The translations under genes were made by a program, and so were the position numbers. Under the pieces are notes generated by a model, which saw only the letters and a list, made by a program, of their open reading frames with translations, did not search any database and had not been told where the DNA came from. 64,000 nt of DNA from Balanoglossus misakiensis (taxonomy: Eukaryota > Animalia > Hemichordata): contig CM082594.2 of the NCBI GenBank assembly GCA_040954595.2, forward strand, positions 10,730,276 to 10,794,275. The letters are read 5' to 3'. This document shows, piece by piece, positions 1 to 14,400 of this stretch. Position 1 is the first letter of the stretch. Each line of letters starts with the position of its first letter.

Positions 1-2196
1 AGGAAGAAGGCTTGCCATAGTCACACTGGGAACACCACATACTGACAAGGCTGATCTGTACGCTTCAGCTGGGCGTTTTTTAATGTCAGCAGCTATGTTT
101 CTCACCCCAGGCCAGAGAAGACAAGGCTACGGCTGTCCAGGGGAACGACTGCCCATTGGCGGCTCTCGACTCGCTAATATTGCAACATCTCAAACCCAGC
201 ATAATTGGCCGCTTGCGCGACCCCTCCCTGACCCCTTGTTTATTATGAGCCGTAACTATACCTTGGGTAAATACAATGTTACAACTTGCAAGAATGTTTC
301 CAATTTACTCGGCAAAGTTGTCCGTCAAATCCTTTGAGATGATTTGCGACCAGAGAATGTGTCGGCCTAAATCAGCATCACAGAATATCAAAGACTAGAC
401 GGGATAACAAGCTCGTCCTTTGCTGACTTTTTAACAAGTTTGGTAAGGCAACGTAAAAATAACACCACAACCAGGATTGAAGTCATTTACTGGTGGGCGG
501 GCGGTGTTGGCCCACGCTCTCTGTTGCAACAGCGGAGTAATTGACAGACCTAATGGGTTCAGTTTGCGGAAAAGTTTGCCAACACCAAGCTCTAAGCTAC
601 ACATAAAACAGGTCATTCGCCAAAAACCACTGTTTACAGTTCTCCGATCCACCGACCGTGTCGTTTGCTTATGAGACCGATATACATCATTTGATGCGGA
701 ATCGGCGATTAAGCACATGTTGGAGATCGCCTGACACCTTTTGCACACAACTCATCGACTAAATACTGTCCTCTGAGCACGTCAGACTCATCTTCAGACC
801 GCTCGGACAGTGGAACTCACAGAGAGAGGCGGGAAAAACATCAGAGCCACCGCTGGCTCAGTCGGTAGAATAGTTCGTCCGCCAACACAAGCAAACACCT
901 CTAGATCTGATTTCACAATGTCAGTCACCTATGAATCTAATACTCGGACCCTCAGTTTTCAGCACTGGGAGAGAAGATATTACCAGTGGGGGGATCACGC
1001 TAGAACTGGTTCTAACAGAGAAGAGAGAATGGTCACTAACAGTCCCACCCTGCCTGGCCGGCCTTCAAACTTCTGGAGATGGCCATGGAGTTTGTTCGTC
1101 CCTAGGGGGAGTCGGTCGATCTAAACAATTCATGCTCAAGCCTGCAGTTTCTGAGCATGTACGAACACTTATCTAACTGCTCAGCAAATAAACATGAGAA
1201 ATCCGAGTTATGGAAAGATAGGTATTCAGAAATCCCAAACATTTGCACACACGCTTCGCCATTGTCAATCGGCCCGTGGCACCACCGCAGTCTTATAGAT
1301 TTCAGGAATGACAGACAAGTTATGAGCTATGCATAATGCAGTGAATGAACACATCATATCAGTTTGATGCTGCAAATTTTCCACATAACATCTAATTAAA
1401 ATTGAGAATAAATATTAGTGGTCACCATGCAAAATTTAGAATGACAGAGTCTCAAAATGGCTGCCACCTCTAAAATCACACACTCAGCAGATAAATCTAC
1501 GGCTTCACTGAAATACAAACTCTATCACTGCCTTTATTCAATTCAAAGACATTCAACTTTCCATATCTTGAGATGCTGTACCTGATTTATCGCCCTTTCT
1601 TCTTTAATCTTAAGGTTGTGAACTTTTACTCACAATCTGTTGAATTTCACTAACTTATCTCGCTGTTGCCATTAATCAAAACCTCCATATCGAACCTGAC
1701 ATGAGGACCTGTTTATTTTCAGTGGGGGGGGGGGGGGGGTGTCACAGTGGAAAGGGTTTACAGACAGAGTACATACAGTATGTACTGCTTTGAAACTTGT
1801 TTCGATTTCACCAGCTGGAAGAGTCGACTGACCGACAGTGGTACTGATGCACAATCCATTACCAAGTTCAACTAACAACCTGTTACCAACTGAAGTATTC
1901 CAACTAGAAACCTGTAGCCACACATCATGACAGGTTGATTATTGTTAGACACTTGTGTTGCAAGGGAGAACCCTGGTGATTGGCAGACAGCAGAGGGAAC
2001 GGTCAGTCCCCATCAGCAGAATGCCACATGCAAGGTCATCTGGATGATCATGAACAGATGTCAGACTCTTATCGGACTGCTCTACCAATACTTTATGCAA
2101 TGTATCTACCGCAGTGACATCACAAGGCGATGCATATGTAAATTCCGATTATTACCCTGTCATGCAATATCCACCTGCATATTATTATCGACTTAC

Positions 2197-2424
2197 CATG
2201 TGTGACTGTACCATTGTGTCGTATTGCCCATGTCCAAACGGTGTCGCGTGTCCCATGTGAGAGTCCATGGCACCGTTAGCGTGAGATGGATGGTGTCCCA
2301 ACACATTGCCACCCATCCCTAGATTGTTCAGATTGCTACTGCCTGGCAGTCCCTGTAACATCCCTTCGGCGTGGGTCCGTAAAACGTTGATTGCATCGTC
2401 TAGCCTCTCCTCCATGCGACTTTG
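2197..2424 (-). CDS. TCF12: E-protein exon with AD2 helix, [21 protein letters not shown]...YDTMVQSHM
   Basis: Acceptor ctttttattccgcacag, donor ATG|gtaagt, 228 nt, phase 0 to 0. Resembles TCF12 [22 protein letters not shown]. Confidence 0.96.
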
Positions 2425-5400
2425 CTGTGCGGAATAAAAAGATGAGACAGACATTTCAAAACCGCAGTCAAGACAAATTCAGCCACTTTTAAGCACTCTA
2501 CTTGGTATATTATGTTCATCTATATATTTCAGAAAAGTTAGCTGGTCTTTTATAAACTGTAAGTAAATTGCATTACAGAGCATTAGCTTATTTGTTAAAA
2601 ACTACACAAAACTCCAAAATATTCCGGCAAACTGAAATTACTTATCGCAATACCGTGAATAAATATTTTGTCTGATTGCATCTACATTTTACTCGGTTAG
2701 TTCTCAGTTAGTTAGAAAGTTAGCTATTAGTACAGTGTTTCTTAAAGGTGCAATTCTTTTGAGGTTCCTTGCGCACTAATCAACACTATTCTCTCATCAG
2801 TAACGACTTGGCTGATTGCCAATCAAATTGAAGGAAAGAAATCGCCAACAAATGCCACTGAGGTCAAAAGTCATGGCAACCACAATTGCCTAGCCATGCA
2901 GCAAGACATTATCTCAAAACCGTCAACTTCATTAGAACTTTTCTGGACCACTAGGTCAATGAGAAACATATGAAGCTTTGAGAGGAAAGGAGATGAATTT
3001 CGCTGCTCGTGTACAATTTTTCATAACAAGCAGTTTTCCGAAATAACAAGGAGCTGATAAAATTGATGGGTGTCCTTTTCTTCTTATTGTTGAGGCAAGT
3101 TTGAATTGGAAGTAATTCCCCAATTTCACGGCAAAAACCCAGTAAGATGAAAGAATTTGCCAATTCTACTGCAGAGAAATCAGAATTGTGTAATTTTTGC
3201 AAATGGGTTGTTCTTCCTCTAACTGGTCACATGTAATGGGGCTGAGCAAATGAGAAACGCCTTCAGCTATCAAATTCTATATCTGGAATTTTTTCGATAA
3301 ACTGATAGGAATTCTGGGAATTCACTGTGTAAATCATGAGTTGGTGGCATGAACGCGGCAAAAATGCATCCATACAGAACAGGACCTGTATGACTGTGGA
3401 AACTACAATGAAACTTTCATTTCGGTTCTGGTTTAATGGTTAGAGAGCTGTGGCCAGTACAGTCGCTTGTGTCAAGCTAAATTCAATCTGACACACAACC
3501 ACGGACCACTGCAACAGTTTGTCTGGATAGTGTGTACTGCTTATGCTGCAGGGTCAGGTCAGAAGATATATCAAAACCAATAGACACGGCTGAGTATAGC
3601 ATACAGTATCACAAAAAGCACACAGTTGAGATAATAAGACTTTGTGATTCAATCCAAATAAGCAAATAATACATCAAATTAAATATCCTCCATTCAACTC
3701 CTTTCACTTTGATCAATTTTAATGTTAAAACTTCACATAACATCACATATATCGTCAACTTTGTAGGAAGTCATCGTCAGAAAAATGTCTGTATATCCAA
3801 ATATATATTTCCACATATTGAAATTTTCAGAAAAATCATCTTGGCATGTTTCTTAAACTTCTTTCAAGCATTTCTACACAAGCACCATCAAAGAGTGTTT
3901 CTACATTTATCACAGTTGCATTACGGAAAAAAAGAATTTCTGTAGTGACATTATTAGCTTTGGATTAATATTACTAAAACACTACAAAGATCAGAAGACA
4001 AGAATAGAGAGATTTAAAAAGGAGTAGGGAGTCATTTACGCACAAATAGAAACTTTTAACTCCCTGACCGTGCGATTGTGAAATCACAACGGGGACCGAG
4101 ACGGCGGAGAAGATCACTATCGGTTGAATAACCACCAACCTAGAACTAGCCACTTCCTTGTAACTTAAGAAGTATGGCTACCACCGACCATAATGAATTC
4201 CAGATTGTCTTGTGGACATCCTTTTGGCTTTGCGTATACATTTTTTTTTGGCGCTCTCCCCATTCCGGATGATCTTGGTGATCCCCGATCGCACACACTG
4301 CGATAATTTGGCCGGGGCTACAAACACCGCCGAATTAAATATTTTCACTGAGCCCCGGTGATAAATGTGAACTGCAGGGCACTGGGGTTGCACTAAATAG
4401 AGAAAACGCTAACCTTATTGGTGCCTGTAAATCTGTTCAGTCTACCGCTGTGGCTTTGTACATGAATTGGTTTGGACACTTGGTCATTATACTACAACAA
4501 ATAACACAGAACAGTTGTAGAAGTCACTTTTTCCCCCTTTGAAGTTCCAACAACATGTGGTACAAACACTTGGGTTTGTTATCGCATATTCTCTACACGC
4601 TATTCCTTAAATATACAACCTGTGATCTTCACTTTTATACAGACATATACGCTTCACCGATACAAGAATTCTTTAACGGTTCTCGAGTTTTTGGATAGAT
4701 AATCACTTCTACATACACTCTCTTGTCTTTATGGAGGATAGATATATTTTTCTGCTGTAGTTTTTATAACTTGACCGCATCAATATGGTGTGTGATCTTA
4801 AGACTTTGTGACTCACCAGTGAATGAAGATGACTTTCTCCGTAAGGCCCTGGTGAAGTTTGGCTGCTGGGTCTCGGCCATTGTGCTCCTGCTGGAAAGTT
4901 GAAACAAATTCTATTAACGACAGATTCCTATAAAATCTTTCATTTTTTTATTAAACATAGGTGAGATTACCAGTGTGGGATATTCTGTAATGAATATATT
5001 GCCTAAGTATGGCATGGTGACTGCCTGCAACCAAGTGACCTAAATCATTCTCTAACTGATGATTGGGAAACTTAGGGCTGTCTACATTAATCATGAACTT
5101 GAGGCGACTTTCTCAATTTTCCACCTTCACACCACCCCGTAATGGACCATTTCCTCCCCATATCTTCCTGTAATAGTGTGACAATGCACGCACTGCACTG
5201 ATCTCAGAGCAGGGTTTATCGCCATGCCGATACATCACATGATCGTAATCAGTCGAAAGCAAGACTTTTCCAGACTGTAGGAAAATGGACCGGCTGTAGG
5301 CAGAGTTCAACATTCCCTGAATAATAATAAGCCTTTTAATGAACTTATTCAATGAAACACTCGGGTAAAGTTTATCACGCTAGTAATACATCATGACGGA

Positions 5401-8400
5401 CTGACCACAGGTTGATTGAACGCGACCACTGTGTGCGTACTTGTAACCAGCAAAAAAAAATTACGATCACTTTTCTTTTTAATTTTCACAATTTTGTGAG
5501 ACAAGTCGCAGGCCTGACCTGTCAGCTCATGAGAGATTCCCTTTCAAGATTATTTTCAAATCTGACCCAGCACTGTTGAGATGCAGGGATGTGGGCTGCC
5601 AGTTTGGTGACAGGGTGGGACTACAATTGATAAAACGGTATATTTAGATAAGTTTCTGTCAATTTGACTCTGAAAGTTGAATTACCATGTCCAAAGCTCG
5701 GTTTTCCATATTTTATGATTCAGCGAACACTGATCATTTTGTAAAACTGTTTTGTTCAGAACAGGAAGTTGTAACAGAGTGTCTTGATTTACGTTGATCA
5801 CACCAACAAATTGAACAAAGTACAACACAGACATCGGCTGATAACTCTCTCCACTATTCCGCAGTCATTTTTCTTTCCCTGACCAAATCACATCAGATTA
5901 TTGTCAACATTTTACAGTGTTTAGCGCCGTGATTCATGTCCCACTCAGAGTAATCGGTGTGTGACTCCACTGCTGATTTCTTATCACTGCGTGTTCATTT
6001 TCTGGCAACTACATATACAAACAAAGTCAATGTGGTCTCCTCATACAACCAGAACCTTCCATCAAAACTTTCCTCTTTTAGTATGCTTGGCCCATCGCCA
6101 TAACTTCTACATAACTTTCCCTGTCTGTTACAATATCATCTTCTTTGGACCCTAGATTTGAGATGGAGGGTGACCCCCCCCCCCCCCCCTCTCATATCAG
6201 AAACAACACAACATGTATCCCTTCAAGGAACACAATCATTAAAGGAACACAATGGTTATATCTCTGTGGTATATAGCAGCGCTGCTCAGTGCAATTGGGG
6301 TACCTTTAAGGTACCTGGCATATTTTCCTTCTTTTTCTGTGAAAAACTCACCTGTCATTGGTGCCGGTGACCCAACTGGAGTTGATGGATTGGAAGGAAA
6401 GCTACTGCTTGTGTGGTCTGGCTGATAAATCTGAAATATACAACAGTAAATCACATGCATTAGTCATTATCGTCCATTTTACAAATATCCTTGTACTTCA
6501 CAGAATGCTGGCGTTTTTTATTTTACAGGGGATCACTCAAGCGGTATCCTGTTATGTTACTCTCACAGTTTTCTGTCCTCCAATAGACTCAAAATGTTCC
6601 AAAATGCATTTATTATATTATTAAAATAAACTGGATAGGAATCAATATTATGTAGGTTTGTTGGACTTCTGTGTGTGAAGCCTCTGTGGCATGTGTTTAG
6701 GATTACACCATCGCTTGATAAATGCCCCCAAAAAGACAAACTGATGTGAAACACATATTTATAAGGGTCTTTGAAAATTGTAGGCCAACTGGTTGAAAGC
6801 GGGGCTGAAACACCCATAGACGATCAAAGCTCGCCATGACAAACTAAACGATCCTTTCCGCCAAAACAGGCCACTCCGGAACAGCAGCCCCGGCAAAACA
6901 TTCCGTGGCAGAGAATAAACACGACCGCCAATAAAAGGCTTTGTAGAAGACGTGATAAAGGCATCATGAAACACGCCGATAAAAGTAAACGATGCAGAAA
7001 CGTCGAGCCGCTTGATGGAAGATTTTAAAAGAAAGACCATCATCATTATATCCACAGAGAGCCCCGCAGAAGCAGCAGGCATCTCCCCTATCACACGCTT
7101 CTGCTACACTGCTTCAGTGGTTACTCAGCCATTTCAAATATGGACACTTTTGGAAGTTTTCCCAACGGAGCTGATATTTCAGAAAATCCACTCAAAGAAA
7201 CAGCTCAGGGAAACTATGTCTATTACATCAAGAATATTTTTGCTGGTATCACTGAACATATGTAGTCTCTGACAAGAATCACTTGGGATTTCACAGATAT
7301 GATAGGGATATTACCATATTTAAGTCAGAAGTTCATCCCAAAAAAATCTCACTGCAGTTGAATACACAAAAGAGTTATTTTATAATAAAAGACTACCACA
7401 TCATATTAAATATTTTACATCCTACTCAATTAAACACAAAAGCAATATCGTATTTCTCTCATCTACATTTTGTCACCGGATAAAAGATTTCCAATTATTT
7501 ACAGATTTCATCCTGCATCCACTGGCCATCGCAGGGATCTTTCTTATCTCACTCAACACCAGTTACTTAAGAATAAAATAAACTCGGTCGGCAGACTCCG
7601 CTTTTTCCCCCTATTTCTCTCGTAAGTGTCTTGACACTATCTCCAGCGATGCTCCCTTGTAGCAGTTTCAGTGTCACTTTTCAATTTGGAATTTCACAAA
7701 GAGTGTTTCTCGACCCGTGGTGTAAACACAACATTGTATGGGGGCCAGTAACTGTGGAGTAATAGGTGTCTTCAGGACCGACTGATGGAGTCTTTCAAAG
7801 ATGGACATGGACATGGTGGTTGCAGTGACCATCAACTCGGTAACGACAGATGGGGCATCTTCAGTCACAGTTTGGCAAAGGAACAGTGTTAGCACTGGCA
7901 GTAACTTTATTTAAAGTCAAAAATGATTTTTTTTGATTAAAACTTTCAATTTCCTCCAAATTTGTGAAGACAATTGGACCGCTTTCAGTTGATAGAAGTC
8001 TCCTCCTGCCGTGAATTCTTGCGAGCTCCTGAGGTTTGCTTTTAAAAGCTCTCGTAAAAATTCATAGCAACATGGTTCGTAACTATGACCGCTGACCCAG
8101 CACTTGCCAATTTTATATTACAACCATGGGAGTCTTGAAAACTACAAGAAGGACATGTTTACGGCGATGTTGACTACGACATTGACTTGGGCGTTTCGGC
8201 CGCTCAAATTTCCAACTAATGGCTCCATTGATCAAATCCAACAACAGCACTAATGAGTTCTACACTCTAATTCACCAAAAACGCAACCTTGGAAGAAGAG
8301 ATTCCTGAAAAATCTCGTCTCAGGGTCTTTCCCTGACTTCGCTTCGTTACTACGGAGATGGCAGAGTAACAGACGATCACAGAGGGAACTGAAATCCAAT

Positions 8401-11400
8401 CTGATTCCTAGCCTTGGCACCCTGCCTGTCTGTCTGCGCCAAAAAGGGATGGTGGTGATTTATTCCGGAAAACAAAACTTCCACCGAAAAATATGAAGAT
8501 TGTAAAAATATTTTCTCAAAACTTGTTTATTTTTCTACAAATTGAAATATTTTTCCCCGAGTTACGCCTGTAAAACCTGTTGCAGATTTATGACCAAACT
8601 GAATAAACACTTTGAGATTCCTCGGTAATAAACTCCAGATTTCATCCCGAACCAGTCAAACTACCTGTTTTCAAGATGCTGACCATGTTTTAACCAAAAC
8701 CACATGGAGTATCTCCACAAACTATTCTTATTCAGTGTCACACTTTTCTGATTTCTCAGAGGTCTGTGTTTTCTGATATTAATTATAGACTGGCATATCA
8801 GGATATGCAGTCTGACCAATACAGAGTGATGTCAAACAGGTGCATGTTAGGAAATTCTATGAAATAACAACGGATTCAGAACATTGAGAATAAACAGTCG
8901 ATGCTCAAGACAAATGATATTCAATGCCACTGAATGACATCTTAAGCTGTGACCAGTACACCTCTGACTTCAAGAACCGATCTCCACATTAATTTCTCCA
9001 CTGACAGGCATCACTCCTGGTGGTTTCATATATGCACTGGGCTTCATCAGAATGAGTTGAATGGAAAAGAACCACATTCAATATCAAACAGCTTTGCAAT
9101 CCTCTTTTATTAGACATGGTGGTCAATGTTTGTCAACTCAAATCTATCTGCATTTACTACAGCTAGACAATGCAGGCTCCACTTTGTAAAGCTGCAGATA
9201 ATCTGAATTTTTCAAAATTGCAAGTAAAGTTGATAACTGTAGTTACACTGTCCACTCCACGATAAAGTCCTACAAAAGTTAACGAAGAACACAAATATCT
9301 ACTTGCACTATCAGAAAAATTGAACAACGGGAACATCCATGTTTTCTGTTTAATACTTTGGTTTCATTGCTTTGTCTCAGTGACTTGTCTGTCATAACCG
9401 AGATTGACAACAAATGATGAATGTGGCCAGTTGCAATCTTCCAGTTGTTCCTTCCAAATTTACGACCACCTTCCGGATGGCATTTCCATACACCCGGATA
9501 AAAAACAGCGACTCGAGTCGACTTGTGCCAGGCGGTCCGAATTTATCAATGAAACTTCAAGTCCGCTGACCTTGAGAATATCATATTTTTACGGTTTCTT
9601 GTCATGCGATATTTCTTTCTTCTCGCTTTTTTATTGGACACACTTGTGACGAATTTTGACAGCTCGGACAAGAGGCATGGTAAGTGAGTTGAACTGGAAT
9701 ACCGGACATAATTTCACAAAATGGGTTTCACATCAGCAGAGGGAAACCATGCGAACAGCATGTCTCGAAAATTACACTGATAGCTCAGAGGAGGCCTCTG
9801 TTGGGTTGTTTAGGAAAGAAGTCCCGCGTTTCCTTCATAAAAGTGAAACGGCCCTGACAATTTCTCCACTTGCAGGAAGGGGGGACAATGTACCTAAGTA
9901 CTAGCAGACTTTGTGGAACTCGGTTGAAACCTCTGTAACCACACAGATATAGAATCTCCCACATACTCCACCTTGATCAGACAGACACTGGACAGTTTCA
10001 CACACTGTTGCTCCACACACACATGCTGTAAACTTAATATGCTTTCTGCAAGGCACCAAACACACACACACACTTACACACCAAACACTTCGCACACCAC
10101 ACCAAACACAGCAATAGGGAACAGCATGGCGATTTCAAGAGAACCTACCCACGGATAGCGGATCTGCCCATAGCTGGAGACGAACATACTGGAAGGAAAA
10201 TCCTTGGGAAAGGCTTACTCCGACAGAGAATCTTCGTCTACACACAACAAGAGAAATATGCTGTTTACACGGAAGATGGCCATACACAACTGATAGCTTG
10301 CATACTGATGGAGTGGACACTGGGAATCAATTACATCTAATTAACCTGTGACCTCCCACTGGAACACGAGACCCGACCCCCATTTCCCAGAAGCCCCTGC
10401 CCGCTTCTCAGCGTCAGACCCACACTTTTCCGTGCTTGACAGGAACCAGTTGCCGGCACTGTCTCTGGCCGGAGTCCGCCAGGAAAACCTGGCATCGGAT
10501 TTTGGTGCCGGACAAGCTGAAAGCACTCAAGCACTCCAACCACTTCAGATACCGGCTCGTCCTGCAGACTAATGTTTAAACACAAAGTCACTAGCACAAA
10601 CCAACAGTTTTCCCAACCGTTTGGGAGTGACAGATTCCAAACGGTCTGCCAAAACCCCAGCTGCTGAGACTTTCTCAACACCCCAACTCCTTATCCTAGC
10701 CAAATAAACACAGCAGAATCTGTGGAAACTTTGGGATAGTTTCAGTCGAAGTGATGATATGAAAAAAGGTAACACATCATGTACTTACATAACCGAGCAA
10801 AAATCCCAAAGCAAAACCGGATACACTTACTTTCGGCTCTCCCCCTGGTAAATATTTTGGGGCAATCCGTGCCCAGTGGGAGTACTCTTAGTTAGTGGAA
10901 TGTCAGAGTGGTGCTCTCAGTCAGGGGGCAAATGATCCTGATGAAATCCAGATTGCTGAGTCAAATTATTTTCTTGGCAAAACTTCAATTTTTTCCCCCA
11001 TTCTTTGAAATGATGGCTTGGGTCATTAAATGTTATCATATCAGGTAGCCAAAATCCAACGGGCTGAGTTCATTTGTCATAACTCGATGATTTCAGTTGT
11101 TATTTATGACCACAAGTGCCGAGAAATTCCCGTTATAAACTCTTTCTGATCTTAAATAACAAGACACTGATGCTGAACTTTCCTGAACTACAACATATTC
11201 CCTGGACTTTATATTATTATTATTTGTTTACTAGCATTTGTAAATCAAGTCTGGTCAACTTCTTGTGCAAAGGACAGCAAAGTGCAAACTAGATTTTCTC
11301 ACAAGATCACTATTCCAATGTCAGCTTCATCAACCAACTTGGTTCTTGTTTGTCCATCTAGCCATGGAAGAACCACCAACACTTTCTATCCACTGAGCAA

Positions 11401-14400
11401 AATAGATGTTATGACAGGAAGTCATAAAAAGCATCATATCTCCATAACCAACGCCCACTCATGTTCATGGCTGTCCAGGGCACTTTACACTCTTGGTATT
11501 CATTTTCCATCTGTACAAGAACTTCAAACTTCAACTCAAGACATTAAAGACACTCTAATGGCATCAAACTGCTCCCCTTGGAGATATGTACCTTCACCGC
11601 CAAGCAATGGATATGCCTCATGGCAGACTACAGAAGAACTACAGCAGTTCAAACTATTGAACAAGATGGAGGCCATCGCTCACATTCAACTTGGACTCAC
11701 AATATGGTCGCTTAAAAATAACAATATGGTATTAATGTAGCATTTTAAATGGAGTTCAACATTTACCAATATGTTAAGTATGCAACAAGCACTTGAAATA
11801 TTAAAAGACTGTTGGTTTTCTTTGTTTTAGGAGAAGTGAATCAACCGTAAAAACCAGGGTCACAGCGTAAACAGTCAACTGCAATACACTTACAGGCATG
11901 TCATCATTCATACGGAAAGATAAAGGGAGGGGGGGGGGGAGGACAGCCATTTCAAACAAAACTTCCAAAGCTTGTATTTCAAGGGGGATTTCAAACCTCA
12001 TTAATTCAACTGAAACAACAGTAAAAACAGGCACCCATGATCTGTCAATCAACATTTTACAGGTCAAGAGGGGAGTCCTGTCATACTTCAGGCCCCGGAC
12101 ACTGCTTCCAGATAAAAAACTGTATACTTTATATGGCTTCAGGCTCGATGGCTTTTCAATTAGTTGTTATGGCAACAGACATAAAATGGCTTTTTATAAA
12201 GAGCTGCTTTTTTTTAAAAACATCTGTGAAAGAGATTTTCATATTTCCACAATCACCCATGAAATCTATCAGTTATAATTCACATAGTAGAATATTTTTG
12301 TTGCCTGTGAATGTTTTCTTTCTGTTCTACTATACACGTTCCCAAGCCTAGCGTGGTATCATCTGGTGTTCTTCCCACAGGTAAGCCTGCAAGCCAACAT
12401 CATAAAAATCTTTCCACAATATCAATATCCACTATTGATTTCCCCGGTAATCAAATTTGTTTTACCTCAACGAAAATTAAAATTCAATAAAGGACAATTA
12501 TTCAAAAAAAATTTCAATTTGTTGCTCCCCTGTGAAAATCCGGTAAAATTCAGTTTTGTTTGTTCGATGTGCACTGCGTTTAGTTTCATAACATGTTATT
12601 CTCCTGTGTTTTACGTTTAATATTTTGAGACAAAAATCAATATTAAAGAAACGGACTGGTGTAGTTGCAATTGCTACAATCCACAGAACAATCCTATAAA
12701 ATAATATTTATTATATTAAATCAGATGTAGTTTCAAACCAGATTGGAGAACATGATTCTAAAATGAAATGACCACCCAATTAATTGGTCAACATAAAATC
12801 TCTAAAACCATGGAATTATTCCCCAAAGTATTTCAAATTCCAACCTGTGGCCAATCAGCATCAAGAACACAGAAATAACAGCGACTACAGATCCTTAACA
12901 AGGTCTTAACAGCGCTCTTTATGGCCATATTTAGCCGATTCCAAAGAGAGTTCTTTTTCAGTCAACCTTGTATCTTGTTTCTGGTTTTGATGGGTGCACT
13001 AGAAAGCATTCGCATGTACCTTGGTTGTTGGTATGCCGTGAGTTTCAGAGAGGACGGAGGTACAGACGTTTTGCGAGATTCCAGCCGCAATCATGTAAAT
13101 AACACTCTTTATTCTAATGTTGTTTGGATTATATCAGTCGCACAGACTATGCGACTGGAGTCAAATTCATTTAGAACTGCCAGACTGGTTTCTGGCGATG
13201 AGAAACGCTACCTTTTATGAGTGAAAAAACACACACATGCAAGGCAGTTTTTCCGATCTCCATAAATTAATGCCACCCTTATCTTGTTTGTCTGCCAATG
13301 TATTATTTGACAATGACTCATTTCTTTTTTTGTACGGCTGAACTCACCCCCCTCTCCAAAAAAGGGTTCGTGGATCAAACCATTTTAGTAGAGAGGGTGT
13401 GTGGTGTGTATATGAAGGAGAAACTTTGAACTTACAGATGCTAATGCTTTTCCTAACGCATCTCCTGTTTGCGAACCACCACCCGATGCACTGCTCGCGG
13501 CCGCTCCGCCAGGTGTCGGGCCCGTGCTACTCCTTCCACCTGGTGAACATATAAACAACAACCAATCAGACAAAAGCTAAACATTTCAATCACATACAAA
13601 AATGTTGTTTAATGCACTGAATACTCTACAGAAACTCAAAGTAAACTACCTTGTTCCCAGGTAACAGGAATTGGTGTGACTTACCCATAATACTTTCCGA
13701 TGCGTTCAATGGTGATGTGTTTGACGGGTAAGGGGCACCGCTACCTCTACTGGGATTCCCACTGAAGCTACTCATTGGTGGAAGACTTTGGTGCATACTT
13801 AGTGGTTCGTGACTGCTTGGTGACATCGGATGACCGTAACCCTGAATAAGAAAACCAAAAATAATTCCTTTGAAACAACAAATCATGATGCCAGGACATT
13901 CAACTACTCAAAACTACTCGTAAAATGGTAAAATTTCACAGAGGTATCCCCATTACAGGTATAAAATGTAGTTTTGCAGCACAGGTTAAACAGTGCCCTC
14001 TAGAGTCCAAATTGTGTCTAATCAGCTGCAGCTTTGATGCAGTCTCGTTCTCTCTCTGCCCTCAGGAACATCAACTTAGCAGAGATAAATATCAAACCAG
14101 AGTACAAACTGATCCCCAACTTCATTAAGAACCCTTTTGGAATAGCTTCCAGGCTGGAAAATTCAAAAGACCTCTTTTGTGTCTGCCCTATTACTTGACA
14201 TTCAAGGTACATTAGCTCCGACAAAACGATCGCTGCTGTTAATGGCGGTGTGCGAGTAATTAAAAGTGACCCTCCTAGTGTTAATTCGGTGCTAATGATG
14301 CTTCAATCCCGTTGTCAGAACTGGTGTTATCAGTGTCGCTGTAATGACAACGTGGCTGTTCTCTCCATTCTGACACTTTTCACACATAGCAGACACTTCG

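Noticed and set aside
1-2196. Search for bHLH-encoding exons (ERRxANNARER)
   Set aside because: Not found; the domain presumably lies beyond the left edge of the window.
11282-11740. 152-aa plus-strand ORF in an intron
   Set aside because: Non-ATG start and no recognisable domain or transposase/RT motif; treated as a chance ORF.
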